Origin: Octopus bimaculoides
Lineage: Eukaryota
Assembly (NCBI RefSeq): GCF_001194135.2
Contig: NC_068987.1
Span: 100,320,186-100,384,185 of the forward strand
Direction: 5' to 3'
Length of the DNA stretch: 64,000 bases
The stretch's first letter is position 1, and each line of letters begins with the position of its first letter. The position numbers and the translations under genes are program-made. The notes under the pieces are model-generated. The model was not told where the DNA came from, ran no database searches, and worked only from the letters and a program-made list of their open reading frames with translations. Below are positions 36,401 to 48,926 of this stretch, piece by piece.

Positions 36401-38877
36401 ATGTACGAATAAAATAAAATCTTTATTTTAGATCACACCTTAAAAATCTAACAATTGTTTCAATCGCATTAACATATACATACATAATGTATATGATAAT
36501 GTGTCGACAAAAATTTTCGTACATAATATTAATGGTAATAATAGTATGTATATACATGTCTGTGTGCGTGTGTATGTGCTTGTATATATATATACACACA
36601 TATATTCTTACACACAGTCATATTCATAAATAATAATATTAAAATTTATAATAAAATGTACCAACATTTATGTCAACACAACATTATAAAGCTACTACAA
36701 ATTGTTGAAATTCTAACTGAACATCTGTTAACCTGAACATCTTTTAGCTGTTGAAAAACGGTAACAAAGAGAAACACCAAACACAATTTTACTTCAGACA
36801 TTCTTTCATTCATGCAACGAAGAGCGACGTCATTGAATAACTAATTTAGTTTATCAAAAATATACCATACTAATTCCATATCTTTACAGCATAACGTAGA
36901 AAACGAATATATGAAACAAGTTGGTTTATTAGCGATTGATAACTGAAATTTACCAGGTAAATATAAAGTTTGGTGCTTACAATTCGGCATGTATCCGCGA
37001 CATTCGTAGCCACTTTTAATATATTAGGTGTCATTGTTACGAGTCCAAATCTTTGAACAAATTTGTAATGTGTTCGTTAGAATGTGGCTAGGCCTACCTT
37101 AGATATTGAGATTGAGGGCAGAACTCTGAACAACGTGAAGAGCTTTACATACCTGGGAAGCTGCCTGTCCTCAAACTGCAGCATGAACGAAGATGTCTTC
37201 ATGAGGCTTGCAAAAGCAGGAGCTTCGTTTGGCAGACTTTGAACACGTCTGTGGGCCGAACGAGGCGTCATACTTTCCACCAACCTGGCAGTCTATAGGG
37301 AAGTCATCATTACCCCTCTCTGGTGTACGGTTGTGGGACGTGGACGCTGTATAGGAGGCAAATTCGAGTACTTGACCGGTTCCACCTCCGCTGCTTGCGA
37401 CGAATCATGGGAATTTTCCGGGAGGACAGAGTCTCCAAGACTGAGGNNNNNNNNNNNNNNNNNNNNNNNNNNNNNNNNNNNNNNNNNNNNNNNNNNNNNN
37501 NNNNNNNNNNNNNNNNNNNNNNNNNNNNNNNNNNNNNNNNNNNNNNNNNNNNNNNNNNNNNNNNNNNNNNNNNNNNNNNNNNNNNNNNNNNNNNNNNNNN
37601 NNNNNNNNNNNNNNNNNNNNNNNNNNNNNNNNNNNNNNNNNNNNNNNNNNNNNNNNNNNNNNNNNNNNNNNNNNNNNNNNNNNNNNNNNNNNNNNNNNNN
37701 NNNNNNNNNNNNNNNNNNNNNNNNNNNNNNNNNNNNNNNNNNNNNNNNNNNNNNNNNNNNNNNNNNNNNNNNNNNNNNNNNNNNNNNNNNNNNNNNNNNN
37801 NNNNNNNNNNNNNNNNNNNNNNNNNNNNNNNNNNNNNNNNNNNNNNNNNNNNNNNNNNNNNNNNNNNNNNNNNNNNNNNNNNNNNNNNNNNNNNNNNNNN
37901 NNNNNNNNNNNNNNNNNNNNNNNNNNNNNNNNNNNNNNNNNNNNNNNNNNNNNNNNNNNNNNNNNNNNNNNNNNNNNNNNNNNNNNNNNNNNNNNNNNNN
38001 NNNNNNNNNNNNNNNNNNNNNNNNNNNNNNNNNNNNNNNNNNNNNNNNNNNNNNNNNNNNNNNNNNNNNNNNNNNNNNNNNNNNNNNNNNNNNNNNNNNN
38101 NNNNNNNNNNNNNNNNNNNNNNNNNNNNNNNNNNNNNNNNNNNNNNNNNNNNNNNNNNNNNNNNNNNNNNNNNNNNNNNNNNNNNNNNNNNNNNNNNNNN
38201 NNNNNNNNNNNNNNNNNNNNNNNNNTATATATATATATATGATCATTAATACACACGAGAGATAATAATGTTAGTGGCAGGAAGGTTAAAACCGTATAGG
38301 TATAATTAATATATATATTAATAGAATTATATATAAAATGGGCATTATGATGCACCAACTTCGCTAAAGCGACGATTCAAAAATGCTTCAAAGCCACAAA
38401 GATTAAGATTAAATTTTCACAGGCAAGGTTGGAAAAGATATAAGTGAATAATGATTGAGTTATAACTCTGGAAAATTGCAAGAAAAAATGCATGTTAACC
38501 TGGTATCATGATTTCTAATTTAGTGCCAACAGCACTTGATTCTCTGCAGCCACGTCTATTAACAACAAACCTATACATCACTTCAAGCATTGCATGTGTT
38601 CGTTTCAGTGTCCAACCCGCATTGAGAAAACAAAATGAATAAAATTCATAAATATATAAAGAAAAGTAATATTCATGTGAGATAATAATGTTTGTGGCCG
38701 TAAACTTAAAACTGTATAGGCAAAATTAATAGATATATACAAGAATTATATATAACAAGGGCGCTATGAAGCACCAACTTTAAATAACAATATGTATGTA
38801 TATGTTATTCCAACTGAAACAATTGTTGGATTTTTAAGGTGTGATCTAAAATGAAGATATGATTTTCTTCGTACACA
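36401..38877. repeat. Pair of ~88-bp inverted repeats (36401-36487 and 38790-38877) enclosing ~2.3 kb
   Basis: TTTTAGATCACACCTTAAAAATCTAACAATTGTTTCA versus the reverse complement of the right arm shows 1 mismatch in 37 bp, with further similarity on either side. Confidence 0.8.
37070..37446 (+). mobile_element. RTE-clade (BovB-like) LINE fragment, RT C-terminal region, cut by an N-gap
   Basis: IEGRTLNNVKSFTYLGSCLSSN...RLAKAGASFGRL*TRLW...[35 protein letters not shown]. Confidence 0.9.
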
Positions 38878-39437
38878 TTTACTGTTGCTAATACTCTGAA
38901 TTTCTTATGTTCTGCATAAGCATTGGTGGGATTACCTGTCATACATGAGAATTGACCTGAGATTCGTATTCTACATACATTTACCGGTATCTATTTGTTG
39001 GAAATTTAACGTTATTACTTTATACTGAGTGCTTCCTTGATTTATATGTATATATACATATATATGAAATATTAGAAAACTACTACAATGGACAAATAAC
39101 AAACACAAGAAGCCCAAATTTTAGGAGTAATTGCAGTTAGCTCAGCACCTATAATGTACCTTCGTTAAACGTCTGTTAAAATTATCTCACACGTATGCTT
39201 ATACGGGGAATCCTTTTGTATCAACACTAGGGATGTTCTAATAATCTCCGCTAGGTCTGGCATAGATTTTGATTCCAAGAAATTACTAAGGCATTAATAA
39301 TAGAATTTGGATATCTACAAAACTACAGCATTATGTAGATAGCTGAACTGCCGGAAACGATTTTATCCAAATGTGATCTTTTAATATGTTTTAACTTTTT
39401 TTGTAAGTGCATCATTTATTTAAAATGTTATAAGAAT

Positions 39438-41230
39438 CAGTACTAAACAAAGGTCTCAACTTTGCGACAGGCATCAAGCGCATTCCATACTTGGACATAG
39501 TACAGCCTATTGAAGAGATAGTCATAAAGATACCAAAAGCTCAGGGAGATGAACTAAGGTGGAAAGTGAGACAGGTACTAGAAAAACGAAACTTCTCAAA
39601 CCAAACATCACTAAGGAAGAAAAGTTCGGTTTCAAAAGACTACAGAGTGACAACTCCATCATAATACTTCCTGTGGAGAAGGGAAACGCTACAGTGGTGA
39701 TGAGCAAGTCTGACTACTCGGAAAAATAGGCAAGTCTTGTAAGTTATGGTAGCAACAAAGTAAAGAAAGACCGAACTCTTAAAACAGAGAAGAAGTTGTC
39801 ACAGATTTTGATCAAGAACAAGGATCACTTTACACCAATAAAGTACAGACAACTGACTCAACACATGTACGCTCTCCCTAAGATTCACGAGGTATTCCAT
39901 TAAGATCTATAGTGAGCTCTAGAGGTTCGGCATGTCATCTACTGAGCCGCTTCCTTGGGGATATAATCAGTCTATTAGCAAGAGAATCAACATCGCAAGT
40001 GAAGAATTCCACCACTTCGAAGAATTGATCGAGGATACCCTCATTGAATCCAACCAGATGGTTAGTCTAGATGTGAAATGTCTCTTCACCAACGTCCCAA
40101 CTGGTGAAGCGCTATCGGTGATTCAAGAAAAACTAGTGACAGACACCCATCTAAAAGAACGCACTAGTATACCAATAAGAAACCTGATGAAAATGTTGAC
40201 CTTCTGTGTAGAAACTACCTAATTCAGTATGGATACTGATATATATCGACTAAGAGGAGGGTTTAGCTATGGGTTCGCCATTATCACCGATAATAGCCAA
40301 TATATACTTGGAATACTTGGAGAATTTGGCTTTAGTATCAACACCATTTAAACCAAGCTATGACTGCGATAGATCATGTGAACTCAATAAAGGCATCCAT
40401 AAATTTCACAACCGAAAAGGAAAAAGAGTATCAGCTGGCATTCCGGGACGTATTAATAACACGCACCAAGTATGGATTCAGGACATCCGTATACCGCAAG
40501 CCAACCTTCACTGGACGATACCCCAACTCTCAATTCAGTGTAAAGAGAGGGATTGCTCAGTATCTAAAACGTCGACCAATGAATATAAGTAAAGATTGTG
40601 ATACACACCACGAAGAAATGATCAAGCTCAGTAATAATCCATTAAGCAACAACTACCGCCAAAACATACTATCCACTCTGATGATGAAGAAAAGAGAAGA
40701 TGAAACCAACAAACTGTCCACAGTCTAACTACCCTATGTGAAAGGCAACTCCGAAAACATGCAAAAGATATGCAGCCCATATGACATCAGGACAGTATTC
40801 AAGAGTACTACAACACTTCGCAAATATCTCCTTCGAATAAAACCACCAATAGAAGAGAATATGACTAAAGACTGCGTATACTCCATCCTATGCAGCTGTG
40901 GTAGGATATACAAAGGTGGAACATGCCGCCCCTCAAATAAGAGTAGACGAACATCGCAAAGCTCTGATACGAGGAGATATTTATAAATCGGGTATAGCTG
41001 ATCATATATGGAGAAATGGAGACCACTTCCCTCCTATGGAATGAAGTTAAAATAATAGACTGAGAACGCCACTGGAAAATACGAAAACTAAAAGAAGTTG
41101 CACATATGCTAGGACACAACAATCTCCTAAGCAAACCGAGTGCCAATATGAGTAGCATATAGGAACCGGTAGTAATGAAGGATAGGAAAATAGTAGATTT
41201 ATAAGCCCTAAAATTCATTCCATAATTGCC
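39438..41230 (+). mobile_element. Penelope-like element, near-complete RT + GIY-YIG ORF, pseudogenised
   Basis: VLNKGLNFA, ILPVEKGNATVVM, VSLDVKCLFTNVP, AMGSPLSPIIANIY, SVYRKPTFTGRY, LPYVKG and CVYSILCSCGRIYKG. The catalytic YVDD region is deleted near 40350. Confidence 0.92.
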
Positions 41231-41233
41231 CAC

Positions 41234-41301
41234 GGGCATATGGCATAGTGGTAAAGAGCTCGGGCTGCTAAATCCGAATTCGATTCTAGACAGTGACCAA
41301 T

Positions 41302-41330
<29 letters not shown>
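41234..41330 (+). ncRNA. tRNA-like Pol III head (A box TGGCATAGTGG, degenerate B box) with a (TAA)n tract
   Basis: A box at 41241-41251, ATTCGATTC at ~41278, then (TAA)n. It is not a foldable tRNA. Confidence 0.55.
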
Positions 41331-41332
<2 letters not shown>

Positions 41333-41380
41333 TATCGAAAAAAACCTAGGATAGAGAACGCAGGTTCGAAATTTTCTCAA

Positions 41381-41426
41381 GACACCAGATGAAGGCTGAA
41401 GGGTGTATCAGTCGAGATGTTGTGTT
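41381..41426 (+). ncRNA. Degenerate minimal type I hammerhead ribozyme at the PLE 3' end
   Basis: GACAC-CAGATGA-A-GGCTGA(agggtgta)TCAGTC-GAGAT-GTT-GTGTT. Stems I and II pair. The core differs from CUGAUGA/GAAAC at 3 positions. Confidence 0.55.
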
Positions 41427-41599
41427 AACAACAAACAAGACGATGACAAATTCCGTGAAATGTAACAAATGGTTTATTTTTCTTTCAAATGTTTCCCTTT
41501 GTTTTTCCATCGCTCTTCACAAATGTTGATATCTATTTATACACACACACACACTCACACTCACATACACATATAGTGTGTGGAGTCATAAATAATTTC

Positions 41600-41810
41600 G
41601 ATCTTGTTAAACTACATTACTCATGAATAAACTTTATAAAGAATTATTTTCAGTTATCAACACAGTGGCCATTATTTTGAATGAACTCTGTCATTCATCA
41701 GGAAGTTTTTTAGTCCTCCCGTGTAAAACTCAGGTGACTTCGACATGAAGAATCTTTGCAAATACGTTTCTTCCTCATCTTGTTGAGAAAGTGTTTTCGC
41801 CACCAGAGCA
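41600..41810 (-). mobile_element. Mariner transposase 3' end relic
   Basis: FFMSKSPEFYTGGLK...RVIQNNGH resembles the mariner C-terminus FF.SK..EFY..GI..LP.RW..VIQNNG. Confidence 0.55.
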
Positions 41811-44345
41811 TTGTGTATCTACCACAATAAAGTGATATTATTCTGTTACTCCTGATATTGTTAATGACGGCTAAAATCAATTTAGTCACTCTTTAACGAT
41901 ACCAACCAAGCGTTAGCCATTTTCCAATTGTATTCCTTTAAAGATTTTCAAATTTGTGAGAAACTTTGCTTGAAACATTTTATTAAAAATATTGAATTAT
42001 TGCGTATATTTTTCTTACTCTATCTCGGCAAGTAAGCACACATGTAAGCATTAGTTTAATGATATCTGTATGAAAATATTGCTGTGTCTATTTGCGTACT
42101 TATACACATGGATACAAAACAGCATTATTTCAAGCATGACACCATAAGGAAGTGGATATACACAATCTGTATTAATTGTATTTCGCTTTACCATAGAAAC
42201 AAGTCCAGAAACCTGTGAGTTTGGGAAAATCTGGTTCTTTGCAATATTTGCCACAGAATTTTCCTTTTAAATACCAATTTACAAGCTCATTTTCATTGTC
42301 TTCATTATATTTCATTTCTAAGTTCATTTGAAAAGTAGTATTTGTTACATGGTGGCTGCAGTCTATAAGCTAATGACATACCTTGCCCATAGTTAAGCAG
42401 CATAATCCAATAGTGAAATAATCTTTAATTCCCAAGACTTAAACAGTACCCACCCCCAACGTAAGCCATTGTATAACTGCCTCAATTCATTGCAATCAGA
42501 AATAAAATATATATTCACAGAATATTTTGCACAGGTGAAAGTACGTAGCGTTAACTAAAATCTAGCTACATCACATTAAATATTTGTGAAATATTATTCA
42601 CAACATTTCACGTTTTATCACGTTTTATCACGTTTTATACATAAATGCATATCTAGATACTTCAATACTCGTCACTTTTTGTACCCTGTATATGATTATT
42701 CCTTACCTTCTCATGTATAATGCAGAAAAAATGGCATGAGAGTTTGTGCACACACACAGACACACACACGCACACACATAAACACATACATATATATATG
42801 TGCTTGTATATATGTTTACATATATTCATATATGTGTGTGTGCATATATGTTTCCCACACACTCACACACACACGCACACACCCACACACATACACACAC
42901 ATACATATATGAACATGAATCTATGTGCTATCAGTATAAATACGCATCCGTATGAACTTTATGTAAAGGAATGTTTTCCCCCATATTGTATGAGTATCTA
43001 GACTTGTATACATGCAACCATGAACATATGTGTGTACGCGAACTTGCTAATGTAAAATAAGACTATTTGAATGTTTAATGAGATATTAACATGATGGCTT
43101 TCGTTCATGCATACTCTTATATATGATATATATATACGTGAGTAGTCGTGTTTCGGAGCGTGTATGTGTGTTTGTTAACTTGTGTGAACATGTGAATAGT
43201 TATATAAGTGTGTTAGTGGCGATGTATTTTTCGTGCAATGCATTACCATATAATATCTATTGAGAAAGCTGAGATTTCTACCATGTACATTAGCCACGAT
43301 TTCCGCACATATCAATCAGATTGCTACAGATATATCGCCCATTTGCCAAAAACGTTTCCAGATAAGCATTGAAGATTGAACATCCGTAAAATGTTTTTGA
43401 AGTATATATTATATTAATAACACATCCACAAACACACGCACACACATACACACATATACATATAGATATCCATATTTATATATACATACAAATATATAAA
43501 TATATATATTCATTTATATTAATTATATATATCCATATATTACATACACTTACACACACACATATATACAAGAGTGTGGGTGAATGACACAATATTACAG
43601 TATAAATATGCGCATATCAGGAGTTTCCACATGTTTCAGTGTGTGTATGTATATGTATACATTCATACCTACATAGAGACAGATTTACATACATACACAC
43701 ACACATATATATATACATATATATGTGTGTGTGTGTATATAAAAAACATACATACAAATATATATACATAAATGTGTATAAGTACAGCATACATAGACAT
43801 TTTGATCTAAATTAGAATATATATCCTTCGATCCAATTTTCTAATTTGTGCGTATATAAACGTTTATTCGTATCTGCGCTTTGCATTATATATACATATG
43901 TTTACGCACGTATACATACGCATATACACATTTCATTCCTCTAAAATAATATTCTCATAAAATGGAAGGATAATTTCACTTGGATATGGTGCATTATCTC
44001 AGTTGGAATCGGTTTTACTTGATAATTCACATATCACATCGTAATATGTACAAATCACATAAAATACATTAAAAAAAAAAAAGAGAAAGAGCGTTGCTGC
44101 AGTTCCGAGATTCGCAAATTTTGGTAAATAACACATAATTTTTGTAACTGACTACTGCAGAAATTTTGAAAGATTGACGCTTGAAATCGCTTCATAATTC
44201 AATTAAAGTTCCATGTTATAACATCTTGATTGGACCCCTCTCTGGTAGCGTCAGGACCATAGTTTCCGTTTTATTGTAAGATATATTAGATTTCTATCTC
44301 CTTACCCCCTCCCTTTTCTTATGCTATCTGTCTCTCAATTACACA

Positions 44346-44454
<109 letters not shown>

Positions 44455-44824
44455 GTACATATGTATACAAATATATGTATATATATATGCATGTATATAT
44501 ATATTATATATTTATATACGTATACGTCTGTATGTATATATATTTGTGCATGCATGTATGTATATGACTGCTTTCTTTCATAATAGCTATGTGCATGGAA
44601 CTTCACGTAGAAAATGGCAGTCGTTCTATACATGCGTCAATTCTTATTACAATACATATTTAATTCTCTGGGAATGGCTATAAGTCAACATTTCCTAAAA
44701 TGGTTTGATAAATCCACCGAATATATTGTGCGCAGCACATGAAGCTAACGAAACTGCACATAAATTTATTACTGTCATGTTTGTATGAATATTAATACTA
44801 TTGAGATATGTACGTATATTTCAG

Positions 44825-44914
44825 GGATTCGGTGAGGGAGAAAGCAAGTCGTCCCTTGAGTATTGTTAAAAACTACAATCCAATTTCTTCCGATTTTCAC
44901 CCTAATCGCTTAAA
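44825..44914 (+). CDS. Candidate 90-nt exon P4 (R-DSVREKASRPLSIVKNYNPISSDFHPNRL-K), phase 2 to 2
   Basis: Acceptor TATTTCAG and donor AA|GTATTT (weak). Only phase 2 is open. Confidence 0.3.
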
Positions 44915-45849
44915 GTATTTCAACGTATTTTATGCACATTCGCAGTGATGAAATAACATTTTAAAACATTTTGTTCGATTGGGAAAATTTGTCACCAATC
45001 GCCTACCTTGTGCTGTTCATTTACTCCAGGCGGGATTAGGCTCTTGTAGGACTAGCACAATATCTATGAATATATTCCAAATTCTTAAGTGAGAAATATA
45101 TCTATACAGCTTCAGAAAATGTTTCTAAAATACTAGAGAACCGGTAGTCTGCTTTTGAAGTCGTATGCGATTTGACAATATCTATCAATTAATGTTGTCA
45201 AATATTTGTGCTGAAATTATGCAAGCCGAATTTGATGAATATCTGCATCTGCATGCGCACACATAAACACATTTTCGCATATAAATATTTATACATATGA
45301 TCAAGTAAAATAATATATATAAAAGAGGGGAGGACCGAAATCCTTGAAGGTGATGTCAAACCTTCAGGTCCACCGATGCAATCCAAGTAAAGAATATATA
45401 TAGAAATATATATTCGGTATTTGCAAAGACAGTAAATGAAGTATAACGAAATGGAAAATTATAAGTGTAGATGGACTTTAATTCATAATCCAAGTTGCTA
45501 CTGAACCAATATACATTCTAGATATTTTTTCGGAGTCTAATTAATTCCAAAGACAAAAACGAAAAACTATTCATGAACATATTTTGTTCGTTCCCGTCCG
45601 CTCTATGAAAGGTCTTTCTATATTTTTCTTGGTTGGAATTATTCATAGCAGTATATAGTTCCTGATAAGGAATCTAATTTTTATTTCACGGAGAGTTTTC
45701 GTTTTGCCTTTGGAATTAATTAGACTCCGAAACAATTTGTAAAATGTATATTGGTTCTGTACCAACTTGGATTATGAATTACAGTTCGTCTACACTTACA
45801 ATTTTCCTTTCCTTATACTTCATTTTATATTTTTATTCTCTATTTCTTT

Positions 45850-46256
45850 CTTTCTTTTACTTATTTCAGTCATTTGACTGCGGTCATGCTAGAGCACAAC
45901 CTTTAGTCGAGCAAATCGACGCCAGAACTTATTCTTTATAAGCCTAGCACTTATTATATCGGTCTATTTTGCCGTACCGCTAAGTTACGGGAACGTAAAC
46001 ACACCACCATCTGTTGTCAAGTGATGTTGGGGGGTGGGGTTGGCAGACACACAAACATATATACACACACACATATATATATACATATATACGACGTGCT
46101 TCTTTCAGTTTCCGTCTACCAAATCCACTCACAAGGTTTTGATCGGCCCGAGGCTATAGTAGAATAAACTTGCCTAAGGTGCCACGCAGTGAAACTGAAC
46201 CCGGAACCATGTGGTTGGTAAGCAAGCTACTTACCACACAGCCATTCCTGCGCTTT
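45850..46256 (-). mobile_element. tRNA-derived SINE family A
   Basis: Full-length homologue of 57273-57687 in reverse orientation. Confidence 0.93.
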
Positions 46257-46323
46257 ATATATGTATGTGTGTGTGCGCGCGTGCGTGCGTGCGTGTGTGT
46301 CATGTTATAATTATAAACAGGGC

Positions 46324-46381
<58 letters not shown>

Positions 46382-46384
46382 CAC

Positions 46385-46545
46385 GTTTACATAAAACAAA
46401 AGACGAAGGGAGGTGTAGGAAAAACAATCAGGTGTATTAGTGTAACGCCCGGGAAAAATGGAAGTCTTTTACGTTTCGAGCCTACGCTCTTCCAAAGAAA
46501 GGTTTAAGAGTAAACTATGGAGAGAAATCCAAAAAAAAAAAATTA
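46385..46545 (-). mobile_element. Small ORF-less repeat with a hammerhead-like motif, copy 2
   Basis: The minus strand reads TCTTT-GGAA-GAGC(GTAG)GCTC-GAAAC-GTA-AAAGA. Homologous to 13595-13771, and its 3' end abuts (TA)n. Confidence 0.55.
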
Positions 46546-46755
46546 TAATAATAAACGGAGAGAGAAAAACTCTGTAGAGTTCAGCAGGTATGTATGCATG
46601 TATTCGTACTTATACATACACACACGCCGACAAACACACTTTCATCGCTGGATTGCGTGTTCGTTTCTCTTTTTGCCATCTGTGATTTTATTTTTGATCT
46701 TCTATATAAATGATGGTATTTCCTCCGTATGGCTGCTTTTCTCTCTACAAAACAG

Positions 46756-46879
46756 AAAGTTACATTGCGGAACAGTTATTTTAAAAAGAGATACATCTTC
46801 ATCACCGGATACTCCTGAACCAGTTTTTGAGTGTCCCACCCAAGAGGAATCGATGCTAGATGTGTCGAAACAATTGTAG
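46756..46879 (+). CDS. Candidate terminal exon P5 (K-KLHCGTVILKRDTSSSPDTPEPVFECPTQEESMLDVSKQL*)
   Basis: Polypyrimidine tract TTTTCTCTCTACAAAACAG, phase 2 frame open to TAG, and AATAAA at 46888-46893. Confidence 0.35.
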
Positions 46880-48461
46880 TGATCAAGAATAAATTCTCGT
46901 ATATTCCGTCTTCTGTCTTTCATATATATATACAGAGAGGGAGAGAGAGAGAGAGAGAGAGAGCAAGCGATAGATAGAGAGAAATAGAGAGAGAAATGTC
47001 TTAAGATATATATCAATATATATACATATGTGCGTGTGTGTGTGTGTGCATGTGAATATATATACAGGCACACTCCGAGGCATATTTTATGGAGAAATTT
47101 GATTCAACTATTAGCATGCCCTTAGAGATCAATTTCGGTGTCAGTTTGTTGTCAAAAGAATGCAAGTGTAACCAAAGGAAATATTCGTCTTAGCTTGACT
47201 TATATTGCAAATAGTAATCGAGGTAAATGATAAGAAGCAAAGTTATTAAACGAAAATCCGATGAATGAGATTTCATTTGGCTAAATATAACGCAATTAAA
47301 ATATTTAGACATTTGTCATACCAAATCAATACATAGATAAATTCTTGTTATTAAGCAGCACTTTATAGTTTCGTTTATATAGTAGTGAATTTTAGTATTG
47401 GGAATATATTCGTCTTTTCCCATTGACACAAGGTGACAAATATGTTGTAATATTACATTAAATTGATATTAGTGTCACTTGCTTCATCGATTTCGGAAAG
47501 ATGAAAAGAATGACCTCCCGAAAGTCATTCGTTAGAAGACTATTTATTTATTTATTTATGGGTTTCAGCCAAGTGCCTGTGGTCATGCTGGAGCACAGTG
47601 AAAACTTGAAGACTTCTAATACAGATTGATATATACGCTCTTCTATGTTACACGTTTCCTTCATTGTACAAAAATATAACTAGAACGAAATCCGAGAGTA
47701 TGGTAGAGATAACACACTAATTTACAAGCAGTACATCCACGAACGTATCGTCTAGATGTTGCTGAGTGTTAGCGTTGTCTGAGTCCTAACATTTAACGTT
47801 GAGCTTTTACTTGGCAGTGATAATATTATTACATCAAATCCCGTAAAATTGTAATACTGGCGAAATATTCAGTGACATAAAGCACTTTCACAATGTAACT
47901 CAATGAAATGCAAACTTATGATAGATTGCTTTTCGTAGCAGGTGGAAATTTTGACACATTATACCTATGGAGAGATAACTCGCAGATAAACTCCAATTAC
48001 GTACCACATCGTAATGAAGATAAGGAATCACTGTTTTCTCTAAAATTACGCCCGATTTATGTAAACGCCTGCAGGATGTATGATACTTAAAATTATGTTT
48101 CTTCTAACTCAGTGTTAAGAGAAACATCGATAAATCCATGAGAGAGACGGGGGCGACAGAGAGAAAGAGAGACAGGCAGACAGAATCACTTTAGTTTGAT
48201 AAGAATAACGTTGCTGACAGTAAAAGGTAAATTGTTAGTTCAAACTGTTTGTTCATTTCTGACATAAACTTTAATAATATAAAATGAGTTAGATACAGAA
48301 TCTGTGGAAGAAATAGAAACATGTTAACTTTACCACTATCATAATTTTCGGAAAAAATAGATGTTATTTTAAGTTTATTTAAATGGGTGAATTATTGAAA
48401 TTTTGATTGATTTTTCTCAGCGAAGATTTAATACAGAATCTGTTTAAATTGTTGACAGAAA

Positions 48462-48687
48462 TACTCTTTTACTTGTTTCTCTCATTTGACTGCGGCCATG
48501 CTGGAGCACCGCCTTTATTCGAGCAAATCAACCCCAGGACTTATTCTTTGTAAGCCTAGTACTTATTCTATCGGTTCTTTTGTCGAACCGCAAAGTTACG
48601 GGGACGTAAACACACCAGCAACGGTTGTCAAGCGATGTTGGGGGGACAAACATAGACACACACGCACGCACACATACACACACCCAC

Positions 48688-48760
<73 letters not shown>

Positions 48761-48926
48761 TACGACGGTCTGCTTTCAGTTTCCGTCTACCAAATCCACT
48801 CACAAGGCTTTGGGCGGCCCGAGCTATAGTAGAAGACATTTGCCGAAGGTGCCACGCAGTGGGACTGAACCCTGTACCATGTGGTTGATAAACACGCTAC
48901 TTACCACACAGCCACTCCTGCGCCTA
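48462..48926 (-). mobile_element. tRNA-derived SINE family A with an expanded internal (TA)n
   Basis: Full-length homologue of 57273-57687. Confidence 0.94.

Noticed and set aside
36889-36956. Plus-strand CTTTACAG...CAG|GTAAAT exon candidate
   Set aside because: Stops in all three frames.
41234-41300. Genuine tRNA gene
   Set aside because: Too short, with no anticodon arm or acceptor stem. It is only a tRNA-derived promoter-like head.
42525-42545. 6-nt microexon candidate TGCACAG|GTGAAA|GTACGT
   Set aside because: In phase 2, required by the gene model, it introduces TGA. There is no other support.
45330-45375. Small hairpin GGACC...CTTGAAGG...CCTTCAGGTCC considered as a ribozyme or miRNA
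   Set aside because: The core order does not fit any hammerhead type, and the stem is too short and bulged to call.
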